Shown: piece after piece, positions 23,823 to 36,125 of the stretch | How the letters are laid out: each line of letters opens with the position of its first letter | Numbering within the stretch: the first letter of the stretch is position 1 | Assembly: GCA_951406725.2 (NCBI GenBank) | Contig: OX597818.1 | Location: 131,254,001-131,318,000 of the forward strand | From: Octopus vulgaris | Lineage: Eukaryota | Reading direction: 5' to 3' | DNA length: 64,000 nucleotides | Program-made: the position numbers and the translations under genes | Notes under the pieces: model-generated | Databases searched by the model: none | What the model saw: only the letters and a program-made list of their open reading frames with translations | Told to the model about the DNA's origin: nothing

Positions 23823-24000
23823 ATCGTCATCTAGCATTCAATTTCCATGCTGGCATGGGTAAGACAGTTTGACTGGAATGGTTAAGCCAGAGAGCTGCAC
23901 CAGGCTCCAGTCTGTTTTGGACTTGGTTTCTACAGCTGGATACCCCTTCCTAATGCCAACCACTCCATAGATTGTACTGGGTGTCTTTTACAAGTCACTA
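23823..24000 (-). mobile_element. RTE 3' UTR fragment (family E), diverged
   Basis: tttccatgctggcatggg...tttctacagctggataccccttcctaatgccaacc. Confidence 0.8.
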
Positions 24001-24284
24001 CCATGAGTGCCTTCTTTTAATAAATCCACTTGAAGATAGCTCTTTCCTCTGCAGCCACACCTTTGTTTCCAAGTGATACTTGAAAAAGTTGATGATTGTT
24101 TGACCAAAGGCGAATATGTCTTCAAACCATTCAACCTTGTTCACTTTTCAACTCCTTTCACTAGTGCTACTAGCAAAGGGCCTTTATTATTCAGTTAAAG
24201 AAATGTACCGGATGAGCCAGTCAATCATAATAATTATGGTTTCTAATTTAGGCACAATGCCAGCAATTTTGGTGGGGCAGTTAA

Positions 24285-24505
24285 CCCTTTCATTACCGTA
24301 TTTATTTTGAGATGCTCTGTGTTTCTTTCAATTATTTTAAATATGACAAAGAATTTAGAAAAATAACTTAGTTACCATTAAGCTAGCGTCAGTAACATGA
24401 ATTGTGATTAAGGTTTGGTGGAAGGTTTTAACTCAAAACTTAAGAAAACAAGACATTTGTACTACAGAGCCAGAGGCGGTTTCGGCCGGGTTGGTAATGA
24501 AAGGG
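24285..24505. mobile_element. piggyBac-like MITE (second family)
   Basis: TTAA at 24281-24284 and 24506-24509; perfect 13-bp TIR ccctttcattacc / ggtaatgaaaggg. Confidence 0.88.
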
Positions 24506-24630
24506 TTAAGTCAATTTTATCAACCCCAGTACTCAACTGGTACTTATTTTATCAATCCCAAAAGAACGAAAAGCCAAGTGAACCTTTGTGGAATTTGAAC
24601 TCTGAATATAAAACAGCTGTATATATAGAG

Positions 24631-24962
24631 AGAGATGAGGAATTGTGTACATTATTTATATTATTTACATTTGACGGATATTTGTCCTCATCTTATTTGT
24701 TGTTAACACGTTTTGGCATATGGTGTAGTGGTTAAGCACATGGGCTACTAACCCCAAATTTCTGAGTTCAATTCCAGGCTGTGACCTGAATAATAACAAC
24801 AACATCGAAAAATACCTTAGGAATGAGAATCCAGGTTCGAAATTTCCCCAAGACACCTGGTGAAGGCAGGAGGGTATATCAGCCAAAACATAGTGTTACC
24901 AACAAACAAGATGAGGACAAATATCTGTCAAATGTAAATAATGTAAACAATGTAAATAATGT
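24631..24962 (+). mobile_element. Inverted-repeat element enclosing a tRNA-like head and a degenerate hammerhead (Penelope-like, non-autonomous)
   Basis: Inverted arms at about 24660-24717 and 24882-24945; A box tggtgtagtggtt and B box gagttcaattcc at about 24715-24780; acac-CTGGTGA-aggc...gcc-AAAAC-ata-gtgt at 24853-24896. Confidence 0.7.
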
Positions 24963-25019
24963 TCAGAACATAAAGATGGACAAAGCAGCTTGCTAATGAT
25001 TCTGCCAGCTCACCACCTT

Positions 25020-25660
25020 AATCAAATTTTGGCATAAGGCCAGCAATTTCAGGGAAAGAGGTAAGTCAATTACATCGACTCCAGAGTTCAACTGCTACTT
25101 ATTTCATTGACCCTGAAAGGATGGAAAGCAAAGACCTTGGTAGAATTTGAACTCAGAGCATAGAGATGGACAAAATGCCACTGAGTATCTATCCCAGCAT
25201 GCTAAAAATTCTGTCAGCTCAAAAATAATAATTCTGTCTTTTGACACAAAACCTGTCATTTTGAGGAAGCAAATCAACTGCATCGACCCCAGTACTTGAC
25301 AGGTATATTATCTTAACAATCCCAAATGAATGACAAGTAGAGTTGTCCTTGGTGGGAGTTGAACTCAGAATGTAAAGAGCTCAAAGAACTACCCTGAAGC
25401 ATCTTGTTTGACACACTCACAATTTTGCTAGTTTGCTGCTTGAATAATAATTATAATAATAATCCTTTTTACTACAGGCACAAGGCTTGAAATTTGGAGG
25501 GAGGAGACTAGTTGATCACATCGATCCCAGTACTTGACTGGTACTTAATTTATTGACCCTGAAAGGATAAAAGGAAAAGTTGACCTTGGCAGAATTTAAA
25601 CTCAGAACCTAAAAGCAGACAGAATACCACATAGCATTTTGCTTGGCATGCTAATGACTC
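25020..25660 (-). mobile_element. Cluster of old head-to-tail SINE B copies
   Basis: Repeated atcgaccccagtacttgactggtact...gaatttgaactcagaa modules, all on the minus strand. Confidence 0.82.
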
Positions 25661-25661
25661 T

Positions 25662-26258
25662 TATTTCTTTATTGCCCATAAGGGGCTAAACACAGAGGGG
25701 ACAAACAAAGACAGACAAAGGGATTAAGTCGATTACATCGACCCCAGTGCATAACTGGTACTTAATTTATCGACCCCAAAAGCATGAAGGGCAAAGTCAA
25801 CCTTTGTGAAATTTGAACTTAGAACATAACGGCAGACGAAATACCTATTTCTTTACTACCCACAAGGGGGCTAAACACAGAGAGGACAAACAAGGACAGA
25901 CAAACGGATTATGTCGATTATATCGACATCAGTGCATAACTGGTACTTAATTTATCGACCCCAAAAGCATGAAAGGCAAAGTCGACCTCGGGGAAATTTG
26001 AACTCAGAACGTAACGGCAGACGAAATACCTATTTCTTTACTACCCATAAGGGGGCTAAACACAGAGAGGACAAACAAGGATAGACAAACGGATTATGTC
26101 GATTATATCGACATCAGTGCATAACTGGTACTTAATTTATCGACCCCAAAAGCATGAAAGGCAAAGTCGACCTCGGGGGAATTTGAACTCAGAACGTAAC
26201 GGCAGACGAAATACCGTTAAGCATTTCGCCTGGTGTGCTAATGATTCTACCAGCTCAC
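25662..26258 (-). mobile_element. SINE family B, trimeric copy
   Basis: Three 184-185 bp units (tails at 25663, 25847 and 26032) joined by gcagacgaaatacctatttcttta. Confidence 0.93.
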
Positions 26259-27013
26259 CAATAATAATGGTTTCAAATTTTGCCACAAGGTCACCAAGTT
26301 TAGGGAGAGGATGAGCCAATTACATTTACCCTACTATAACCCTGAACTGACCAAAGCCTTGTAATTGGACTTGACTGACAGAAACTGCCACATATAAATA
26401 TATATATGTTTTATTACAGGGGATTCATAAAGGATCAAGGTATATCAAAATGAAGCACATCACTAATTAGCTGAACAAAATGACTTGAAACAGGTAATTA
26501 ATCAATCCATTATCATAGCACAGAATGCACCAAGAAGGGAAGTTCACATTTGTTAGGTAATCCACAACTCCAATAGTATTCAAAAGTACTGCAGAATGAA
26601 AGGACCCTCAAGCGTGGCATCGTATCTGTCTATTTTATATCTATACATATAAATTTGACATGGGCAATTCTTTCTTGTCTTCGGATTCACAGTCAAACGG
26701 CTGGGTGGAATTGCATAAAAAATTACACAGATGAGTAGAATGATCTGGTGGTGGTGATGCTGGGATTTGTATTTCTTCATATGGTTACTAAGATAATCTA
26801 ATGTAATAATACTATTGTATTTATGAATGAGAAAGGAAGGGGTGATAGATGAATATGGAAGGAAGGGGTGATAGATGAATAAGGAAAGAAGGGGTGATGT
26901 CATACTTGGTAGTGGGATGATGAAAATTGTACGCTGAAAAAAAAATCAAATAGCATCTCAACTCTGTGTGAATATATGTGTGTATGTAAAAGGGAGTATG
27001 TGAATGTGTTTGT

Positions 27014-27053
<40 letters not shown>

Positions 27054-27316
27054 ATGTGTGCGCACAATGGAAGTGGGATGGTTCATCTTTGTTTGCTTAG
27101 TATCTGGGTTTATTTTATGATTTGGTTGAATCTTGGTTGTTTTTTTTTTTTGTTGGTCAGTTATTTTTAGCATTTTGACAGAGAAAGTCATTCTAAAATT
27201 GTTTCTTAACGTAAGCATGCCCAAACAAGCTGAATGCTTACACAGAGCAGGTTTTACAGCCACATTATCCAAACGAATCGGATGAAACCAGGCTTAGCTG
27301 CTAGTATATAGTATAT

Positions 27317-27695
27317 TCTTATTTACTTGTTTCAGTCGTTTGACTGTAGCTATGCTGGAGCACCACCTTGAAGGGTTTTAGTCAAACAAATCGACCCCAG
27401 GACTTGCTTTTCTAAAGCCTAGTACTTATTCTTTTTCTTTTGTTTTTTACTGAACCACAAAGTTACAAGGACATAAACACACCAACACCAGTTATCAAGC
27501 AGTAGTGGGGGTACAAACACAACACACACACACACACACACACACTCATATATATATATGTGTGTGTGTGTGTGTGATGAGCTTTTAGTATCTGTCTACC
27601 AAATCCATTCACAAGGCTTTAGTTGGCCTGAGGCTATAGTAGAAGACACTTGCCCAAGGTCTAATGCAATGAAACAGAACTTGGAACTATGTGGT
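27317..27695 (-). mobile_element. SINE family A, diverged
   Basis: Reverse-complement homology. Confidence 0.88.
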
Positions 27696-27709
27696 ATATA
27701 TGTGGTATA

Positions 27710-27746
<37 letters not shown>

Positions 27747-27775
27747 GCGAGAAAGAAGCAACAAGAATGGATAGG

Positions 27776-27866
27776 TTTTAGTACAATCGTTTCATACAAG
27801 GACAGGCTTTATTAAAAGTTGCAAAAATTACAGCATATAAACGTGTCCTGTACTCATCAGCTAAAA
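27776..27866 (-). ncRNA. Type I hammerhead ribozyme motif (mirror copy)
   Basis: Exact reverse complement of 27951-28041. Confidence 0.8.
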
Positions 27867-27950
27867 TACATGTGAGTTCTCTAGACATCCTATTGGTTGA
27901 GGCTATTGGTTGAGCCTCAACCAATAGGATGTCTAGAGAACTCACATGTA

Positions 27951-28041
27951 TTTTAGCTGATGAGTACAGGACACGTTTATATGCTGTAATTTTTGCAACT
28001 TTTAATAAAGCCTGTCCTTGTATGAAACGATTGTACTAAAA
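27951..28041 (+). ncRNA. Type I hammerhead ribozyme motif
   Basis: Stem I ttttag/ctaaaa; CTGATGA at 27957-27963; stem II gtacaggaca/tgtccttgtat; GAAAC at 28024-28028; short stem III ac-gatt-gt; GTA cleavage triplet at 28033-28035. Confidence 0.85.
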
Positions 28042-28186
28042 CCTATCCATTCTTGTTGCTTCTTTCTCGCTTATAATCACCCCACATTACTGTATTGTTA
28101 AAACAGTATAGTTTTTTTGGTGCATCTAAGTTAGGTACCATATTCAAGTAAATTCATTTAAATTAACTTGAATCTTTATTGCTTTT

Positions 28187-28229
<43 letters not shown>

Positions 28230-28239
28230 TTTATTGATA

Positions 28240-28474
28240 GGTGTAGGAGTGAATGTGTGGTAAGAAGTTTGCTTCCCAACCACATGGTTCCAGGTTCAGT
28301 CCCACTGCGTGGCACTTTGGACAAATTGCTTCTGCTATAGCCTCAGGCTGACCAGAGCCTTATGAGTAGATTAGGTAGATGGAAACTGAAATAAGCCCAT
28401 TGCATATATATATATACATACAAGCATATATATATGTATATATATATACATACATACAAGCATATATATATATA

Positions 28475-28508
<34 letters not shown>

Positions 28509-29685
28509 CATATATAACATGCGTAAGCTTGCAAGGAATGAAGCTGGTATACTCCAATGGATGTGTAATGTCAGTGTGCATACTCGACAGAGTGTAAGTA
28601 CCTTGAGAGAAAAGTTGGACCTAAGAAGCATCAGATGTGGTGTGCAAGAGAGATGACTGTGCTGGTATCGTCATGTGGCGAGAATGGATGAGGATAGCTG
28701 TATGAAAAAGTGCCACACCCTAGCAGTTGAGGGAACCTGTGGAAGAAGTAGACCCAGGAAACCTGGGATGTGGTGGTGAAGCATGACCTTCGAACATTAG
28801 GCCTTACTGAGGCAATGACTAGTGACCGAGACCTTTGGAAATATGCTGTGCTTGAGAAGACCCAGGAAGCCAAGTGAGACCATAACCTCGTGGTCTATGC
28901 CAGAAGTGTAACCAGCCCACTTCTGCGTACCTTTCCTTCATTGGACCCTAAACTCTGCTTGCGAAGACCTGTTGAGGCAAGTGAAATCGAAATCGAATTT
29001 GATGACTGGCATCTGTGCTATTGGAGTGCTAAGAGCACCATCCGAGCGTGATCATTGACAGAACAGCTAACTGGCTTCCGTGCTGGTGGCACGTAAAAAG
29101 CACCATTCAAACGTGATTGTTACCCGCATTGCCTTACTGGCACTTGTGCTGGTGGCATGTGAAAAAAACATTCAAGTGAAGTCATTGCCAGTACTGCCTG
29201 ACTGGCCCTCATGCCGGTGGCATATAAAAGTACCCACTACACTCTCGGAGTGGTTGGCGTTAGGAAGGGTATCCAGCTGTAGAAACTCTGCCACATCAGA
29301 TTGGAGCTTGGTGCAGCCATCTGGCTCACCAGTCCTCAGTCAAATCATCCAACCCATGCTAGCATGGAAAGTGGACATTAAACAATGATGATGATATATA
29401 TATATACACACACATATATGTACATACACACACACACACATATACATATATATATATATGTATGTATGCATGTATTTATGTCTGTGTTTGTCCCCCCACT
29501 GTCACTTGACAACCGATGCTGGTGTGTTTACATCCCTGTTACCTAGTGGTTCGGCAAAAAAGTCTGATAGAAGAAGTACTAGGCTTACAAAGAATAACTT
29601 CTGGGGGTTGATTTGTTTGAAAAAAGGCGGTGCTCCAGCATGGCCACAGTCAAGTGGCTGAAACAAGTAAAGGAAATAAAAGAAA
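28240..29685 (+). mobile_element. SINE family A split by an RTE insertion in its internal microsatellite
   Basis: 5' half at 28240-28400, 3' half at about 29460-29685. Confidence 0.85.
28519..29395 (+). mobile_element. 5'-truncated RTE-clade LINE (ORF C-terminus, 3' UTR and GAT tail)
   Basis: MRKLARNEAGILQWMCNVS...LREKLDLRSIRCGVQER*LCWYRHVARMDEDS...GRSRPRK/WDVVVKHDL...DRDLWKYAV; the 3' UTR is family E. Confidence 0.9.
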
Positions 29686-29755
29686 TATAGAGAGAGTAGT
29701 AGTAGAGATTATTTCCGTCTCATGTACTTCCCCTTTCTATTCATATAACATACAA

Positions 29756-29966
29756 GGTGCTGGTACCATGTGAAAAGCACCCAGTTCACTCTGTGATGTG
29801 GTTGGCATCAGGAAGGGCATCCATCCATAGAAACCATGCTAAAACAGACAGTGGAGCTTGGCGCAATCTTCTGACTTGCCAGCTCCTGTCAAACTCAAGC
29901 CAGCAAGGAAAACAAACTTTAAACGATGCTGCTGCTACTGATGATGATGATGATGATGATGATGAT
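29756..29966 (+). mobile_element. RTE 3' UTR fragment (family E), old
   Basis: gaaaagcaccc...ggaagggcatcc...(gat)n. Confidence 0.75.
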
Positions 29967-30804
29967 GTGTGTGTGTTTGTGTGTTAGTGTGATCTTGGTG
30001 TGACACTGCATAAGTGTGGTAAATGAATGTCCAGCATTCAGCAAAAACATGTCTGATCATAGGGAAATATTACCTTGCTTGGACAGAAGTAAGTGTTGGC
30101 AACAGGAAGGGCATCCAGTTGTAGAAAACCTGCCTCGATAAATTTCCTCATTAAAATAACAACATTGATGATGGCACTTTGCATCTCTGAAGGCTTTCAC
30201 ACAGTTTCTGCTTAATTATTTTAATTACAAGGCTCGAAACAATCTGCCCCATGGTGGAAGACACATATCATACATATCAAAATGCCTTACAGGGGGATTG
30301 AACCTAAGACCTCACAAGTGCAAAGTGAACTTTTAACTACATGGCCACAGTTAAATCCAGCTATTTATGTATGCCCCTATGCGTACACACATACATACCC
30401 ACCCACACTCACAGATGCATGTACAATATCTAAACACATACACATAAACAGAGCTACACATGCACGCCATATAAGAAATGCCAACACCAACAACAACACC
30501 ACCACCACAATAACAGCAACAGAGTAAAAAAAAAAAAGAAAATAAAAGAAGCAAAAAGCCAGAAAACCTAACAAACCCTAGCAATTTACTACAATAACAA
30601 ATGCATCACAACAAACAAAATAAAAAAGAATAATAAAATAATGACAATCACAAATGGAATCGGATAAGATAGTTACAGGACTATCTTAATAGAATTTTCT
30701 TAGAACCACAAGAGAATTGTTGAATGGCAATTATTTAATTTCAACAGCGAGAAATCAAAGAAAGATTTCCACAAATATTAAACAAAACAAAGGCAATGGC
30801 ACAA

Positions 30805-31290
30805 TATACATACCTACATACATACATACACAAGTATACATACCTACATACATACATACATACATACATACATACATACATACATACATACATAAGTATA
30901 CATACATACATACATACATAAGTATACATACATACATACATACATACATAAGTATACATACCTACATACATACATACATACATACATACATACCTACATA
31001 CATACATACATACATATACACACACACACATACATACATACATAAATACATACATACATACATACATACCTACATACATACATACATACATACCTACATA
31101 CATACATACATATACACACACACACATGCATACATGCATACATACATACATACATACATACCTACATACATACATAGGTATACATACATACATACATACA
31201 TAAGTATACATACATACATACATACATACATATATGTTTATGCACACACACACGCACACACACACACACACAGACACACACACACATATA
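30805..31290. repeat. (CATA)n compound microsatellite
   Basis: Direct reading. Confidence 0.95.
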
Positions 31291-31396
31291 TCTTTGAGAG
31301 TTTTGTTTTAGTTTTGTTGCTCTTGCTGTCGTCATTAATTTTCTTCTTATGGTTTATTACCACTAATTTGTCATCATTATTTCTCATCATCATACC

Positions 31397-31397
<1 letters not shown>

Positions 31398-31447
<50 letters not shown>

Positions 31448-31609
31448 GATTGCTGTTGGTCTTATTCTTATAAATTTGCTTTTTGTCTAATTCTTTGTCT
31501 TATCGTCATTAATTTTATTATTTCATCATCATCATAATCATTATTATTATTATTATTATTATTATCATTATCGCAATCATTATCATTATCATTATTACTA
31601 CCATTGCCA

Positions 31610-31647
<38 letters not shown>

Positions 31648-31685
31648 GCTATTGTTGTTGTTGTTGTTGTTGCTTTTGTCATTAT
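31398..31685. repeat. (ATT)/(ATC)/(GTT) trinucleotide tracts
   Basis: Direct reading. Confidence 0.92.
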
Positions 31686-32075
31686 TAAATGATTCTTTTG
31701 GAAATCTACTGTTGTATATTTTATAGTTCGAAGATAAAAAGGAGCTGTTTTTCCCCATCAATGGCTTTTATTGACTCCGCTTCTGAGATTTCCTTTAACG
31801 TAGTAAGAAATAAAACTTTAAATATCTATTTCCCGTTGATGCAATTAGCAACAATTATGCTATTGTATTGAAAAGAATAAAACACCTACATACATCTACA
31901 CACACATACATACATATGTATGCTTTCATTACATAAAAATGTATATAAATTTATCTATGTGTGTGTGTGTGTATAAATACATATATATAATTTTTGCATT
32001 CCTTTATTACATTTTATTTCCTTTTGATTTTGTGAGAATGTATGTATATATACCTACATACATTCTTTTATATAT

Positions 32076-32106
<31 letters not shown>

Positions 32107-32147
32107 CACATACATACATATATATATATATACACATACATATATAT

Positions 32148-32192
<45 letters not shown>

Positions 32193-32740
32193 CATACATA
32201 TATATATATATACACATACATATATATATGTATGTATATGTATGTATGTATGTACGTTTGTATATACATACATATGTGTAAATACTATATAAATTTTGTA
32301 TTCCTTTATTCATTTTATTTCTTTTGATTTTGTGAGAATGTATACATATATCTACATACATTCTTACACATACACACACACATATATTTATATGTATATA
32401 TATATATATAGTCATTGATACATACCATATTTCCGAAAGGGAAAGCAAAGAATGCATTTGAAGAGACCATTTAGGAAAAATTTATGATTAAAACATTTTA
32501 ATTGTTCCTTGCTGCTTATTTACTTACTCAGAATTTTTATCTTTTCATTTTATTGATTTATGCAGCTATTAATCTACTTTATTTAATTATTCTTTATTTT
32601 ACTTATCCACCTATTTAATTATCCATTTAAATGCCCTTTTATCATAGGGTTTTTTAAAATTTATTTTCTCTTCATCTCATAATTTATCTTTTTATTTATC
32701 AATCTATTAACTAACCTGCCAACCTACTTATCTACATACA

Positions 32741-32771
<31 letters not shown>

Positions 32772-32785
32772 CATACATACATACA

Positions 32786-32816
<31 letters not shown>

Positions 32817-33019
32817 CTATTTAATTTTCTAGCTTGCTCTTTTAATGAGCTATCAGTCAATCTTTCTACATTTTTTGATCTCTTTCTTTACTTACTCTGT
32901 CTACAATTGTATCTGTCAATGATTTTATTTTCCAATTTGTCTGTCTGAATATATATGTGTGTGTGTGTATATATATGTATATATGTATATATATATATAT
33001 GCACAGCCACAAGCCTCTA

Positions 33020-33440
<421 letters not shown>

Positions 33441-33977
33441 TTCATCAGTTTTCTTATTTTATCCTCTTTTAGTTTTTACACTTCTTTATTTTTCTTCAAT
33501 ATTTTTTCAACATTTATTTGTTCTCATCTCTTTCTCTTTAACTCTGTCTACTTATTTACGTATTTATGTATTTACTTCATCTTTTGTTTTTATTTCTCCT
33601 TCTCTTTCCGTCTATTTTTCTCAATTACTTACACCTTTATAGCTCCCTGTCTTTTCAAGTTGATGCAGTAAAATAGACACTTAAGGGGAGAGTGTGATAG
33701 AAATAAAACACATAGCCATATATTTATTACAGTATGTACATGCATATGTGTGCAAACATACGGTTCCTATCTATGTACGAAAGAGTCTAATTGTATGTAT
33801 ATGATACTTGATGGCATATATACATACATGTGTGAGCGTATGTGTGTGTGTGTGTGTGTGTGTATGTGTGTTTGTGCGTGTGATTCGATGCCATTGCCTT
33901 ATTGCCTATGTAAAGCATATTTCTGTATCTATCTAAACACATGCATATATCTGCAAGCCTTCTTTCTCTTTAATAAC

Positions 33978-34038
<61 letters not shown>

Positions 34039-34392
34039 CTGTGTGTGCATTCCCTGCCGGTGTGGAGTACAATGGTCATTGATGATGGTGATGATGATAT
34101 ATACATAGGTTCCTGCTAAAAAAGGAACATATACATACGTATATATATACATATATATATACATATATATATATATTCACATGCAAAGATTAGCACAGCC
34201 CGCACATACATACATTCATACATACATACATATATACATACATGCATGCATACATGTGCAATTTTCTTAACATTTTACACATTCGGAAATATATATATAT
34301 AGATATGTATATATATATAAACAGACACAAATGTATTACCAGGTGTATGAAAATGTGTGTGTGTTCTGCAACTATTTTGGTAGATGTGTTGT

Positions 34393-34433
<41 letters not shown>

Positions 34434-34634
34434 TGTATATATATATATATATATATATACAGTTGTGTAGATGCAAGCATGGAAAGTAGAACTGAAAATA
34501 GGAGTATATGTATATTTTTATTAATACTTAACAGAAGTATCAGTGTGACTTAAAGTCCAAGAGTTTCATGCATTGATAAATGCCAATGCATGAAGCACTC
34601 AGTCCTTGGGTCACTCTGTTACTTCTGCTAAATA

Positions 34635-34698
<64 letters not shown>

Positions 34699-34701
<3 letters not shown>

Positions 34702-35117
34702 GAGTGGCTGTGTGGTAAGTAGCTTGCCTACCAACCACATGGTTCCGGGTTCAGTCCCACTGCGTGGCACCTTGGGCAAGTTTCTTCTACTATAGCCTCG
34801 GGCTGACCAAAGCCTTGTGAGTGGATTTGGTAGACGGAAACTGAAAGAAGCCCGTCGTATATATGTATATATATATATGTGTGTGTGTGTGTTTGTATGT
34901 CTGTGTTTGTCCCTAGCATTGCTTGACAACCGATGCTGGTGTGTTTATGTCCCCGTTACTTAGCGGTTCGGCAAAAGAGACCGATAGAATAAGTACTGGG
35001 CTTACAAAAAGAAAAAAGAATAAGTCCCGGGGGTCGAGTTGCTCGATTAAAGGCGGTGCTCCAGCATGGCCGCAGTCAAATGACTGGAACAAGTAAACGA
35101 GTAAAGAGTAAGAGAGT
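34699..35117 (+). mobile_element. SINE family A, young
   Basis: Full homology, CpGs retained. Confidence 0.95.
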
Positions 35118-35120
35118 ATA

Positions 35121-35530
35121 TACTCTTTTACTCTTTTACTTGTTTCAGTCATTTGACTGTGGCCATGCTGGAGCACCGCCTTTAGTCAAGCAAATCGACC
35201 CCGGGACTTATTCTTTGTATGCCCAGTACTTATTCTATCTGTCTCTTTTGCCGAACCGCTAAGTGACGGGGACGTAAACACACCAGCATCGGTTGTCAAG
35301 CAATGCTAGAGGAACAAATACAGACACACAAACATATACACACACATACATATATATACATATATACGACAGGCTTCTTTCAGTTTCCGTCTACCAAATC
35401 CACTCACAAGGCATTGGTCGGCCCGAGGCTATAGCAGAAGACACTTGCCCAAGGTGCCACGCAGTGGGACTGAACTCAGAACCATGTGGTTGGTAGGCAA
35501 GCTACTTACCACACAGCCACTCCTGCGCCT
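35121..35530 (-). mobile_element. SINE family A, young, tail-to-tail with the preceding copy
   Basis: Reverse complement, only a few nt from the 34699 copy. Confidence 0.95.
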
Positions 35531-35639
35531 ATATATATGTTTGTTTTTATGTTCAACTATTATAAAAAACACTGTTTTACATTAATCTAATGGGTTACTC
35601 TGTACTTTTGTAGAACATAAATTTATTATTCTTTTTCAA

Positions 35640-35746
35640 GAATGTTGTTGATAGTGACTGAGAAGTTCCAGCCAGCTAAGCCATCATCAGATAGTCCGAC
35701 AATGACTTAGCTGGATGAAACTTCGAGGTTACTGACAACAACATTC
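35640..35746. repeat. Imperfect 52-bp-arm palindrome with hammerhead-like remnants
   Basis: 40 of 52 positions complementary around a 3-nt loop; tcatcag in the left arm, GAAAC in the right arm. Confidence 0.75.
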
Positions 35747-36125
35747 ATCATCATCATCATCATCGTCGTTTAGCGTCCGTTTTCCATGCTAGCATGGGTT
35801 GGACGGTTCAACTGGGGTCTGTGAAGCCAGAAGGCTTCATCAGGCCCAGTCAAATCTGGCAGTGTTTCTACGGCTGGATGCCCTTCCTAACGCCAACCAC
35901 TCCGTGAGTGTAGTGGGTGCTTTTTACGTGCCACCCGCACAGGTGCCAGACAGAGCTGGCAAATGGCCACGAACGGATGGTGCTTTTTATGTGCCACCGG
36001 CACAAGGGCCAGGCGAGGCTGGCAACGGACACGATACGGGGCGGTACTGGCAACGGTCGCGAAACGGAAGGTTCTCTTACATGCCACCGGCACTGGTAAC
36101 ACATCTGCAATTTCCATTGATCGAT
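35747..36125 (-). mobile_element. RTE 3' UTR fragment (family E)
   Basis: (cat)n tail, then the reverse complement of family E. Confidence 0.9.

Larger units (their letters stand above)
27747..28188 (+). mobile_element. Penelope-like element terminus: perfect 158-bp inverted repeat plus a 118-bp tail, inserted in (TA)n
   Basis: 27747-27904 is the exact reverse complement of 27913-28070 with an 8-nt loop; each arm has a hammerhead core; (TA)n on both sides. Confidence 0.8.

Noticed and set aside
27263-27305. Possible Helitron 3' end (hairpin-like segment then CTAGT)
   Set aside because: The hairpin is poor and I could not find a matching 5' TC end.
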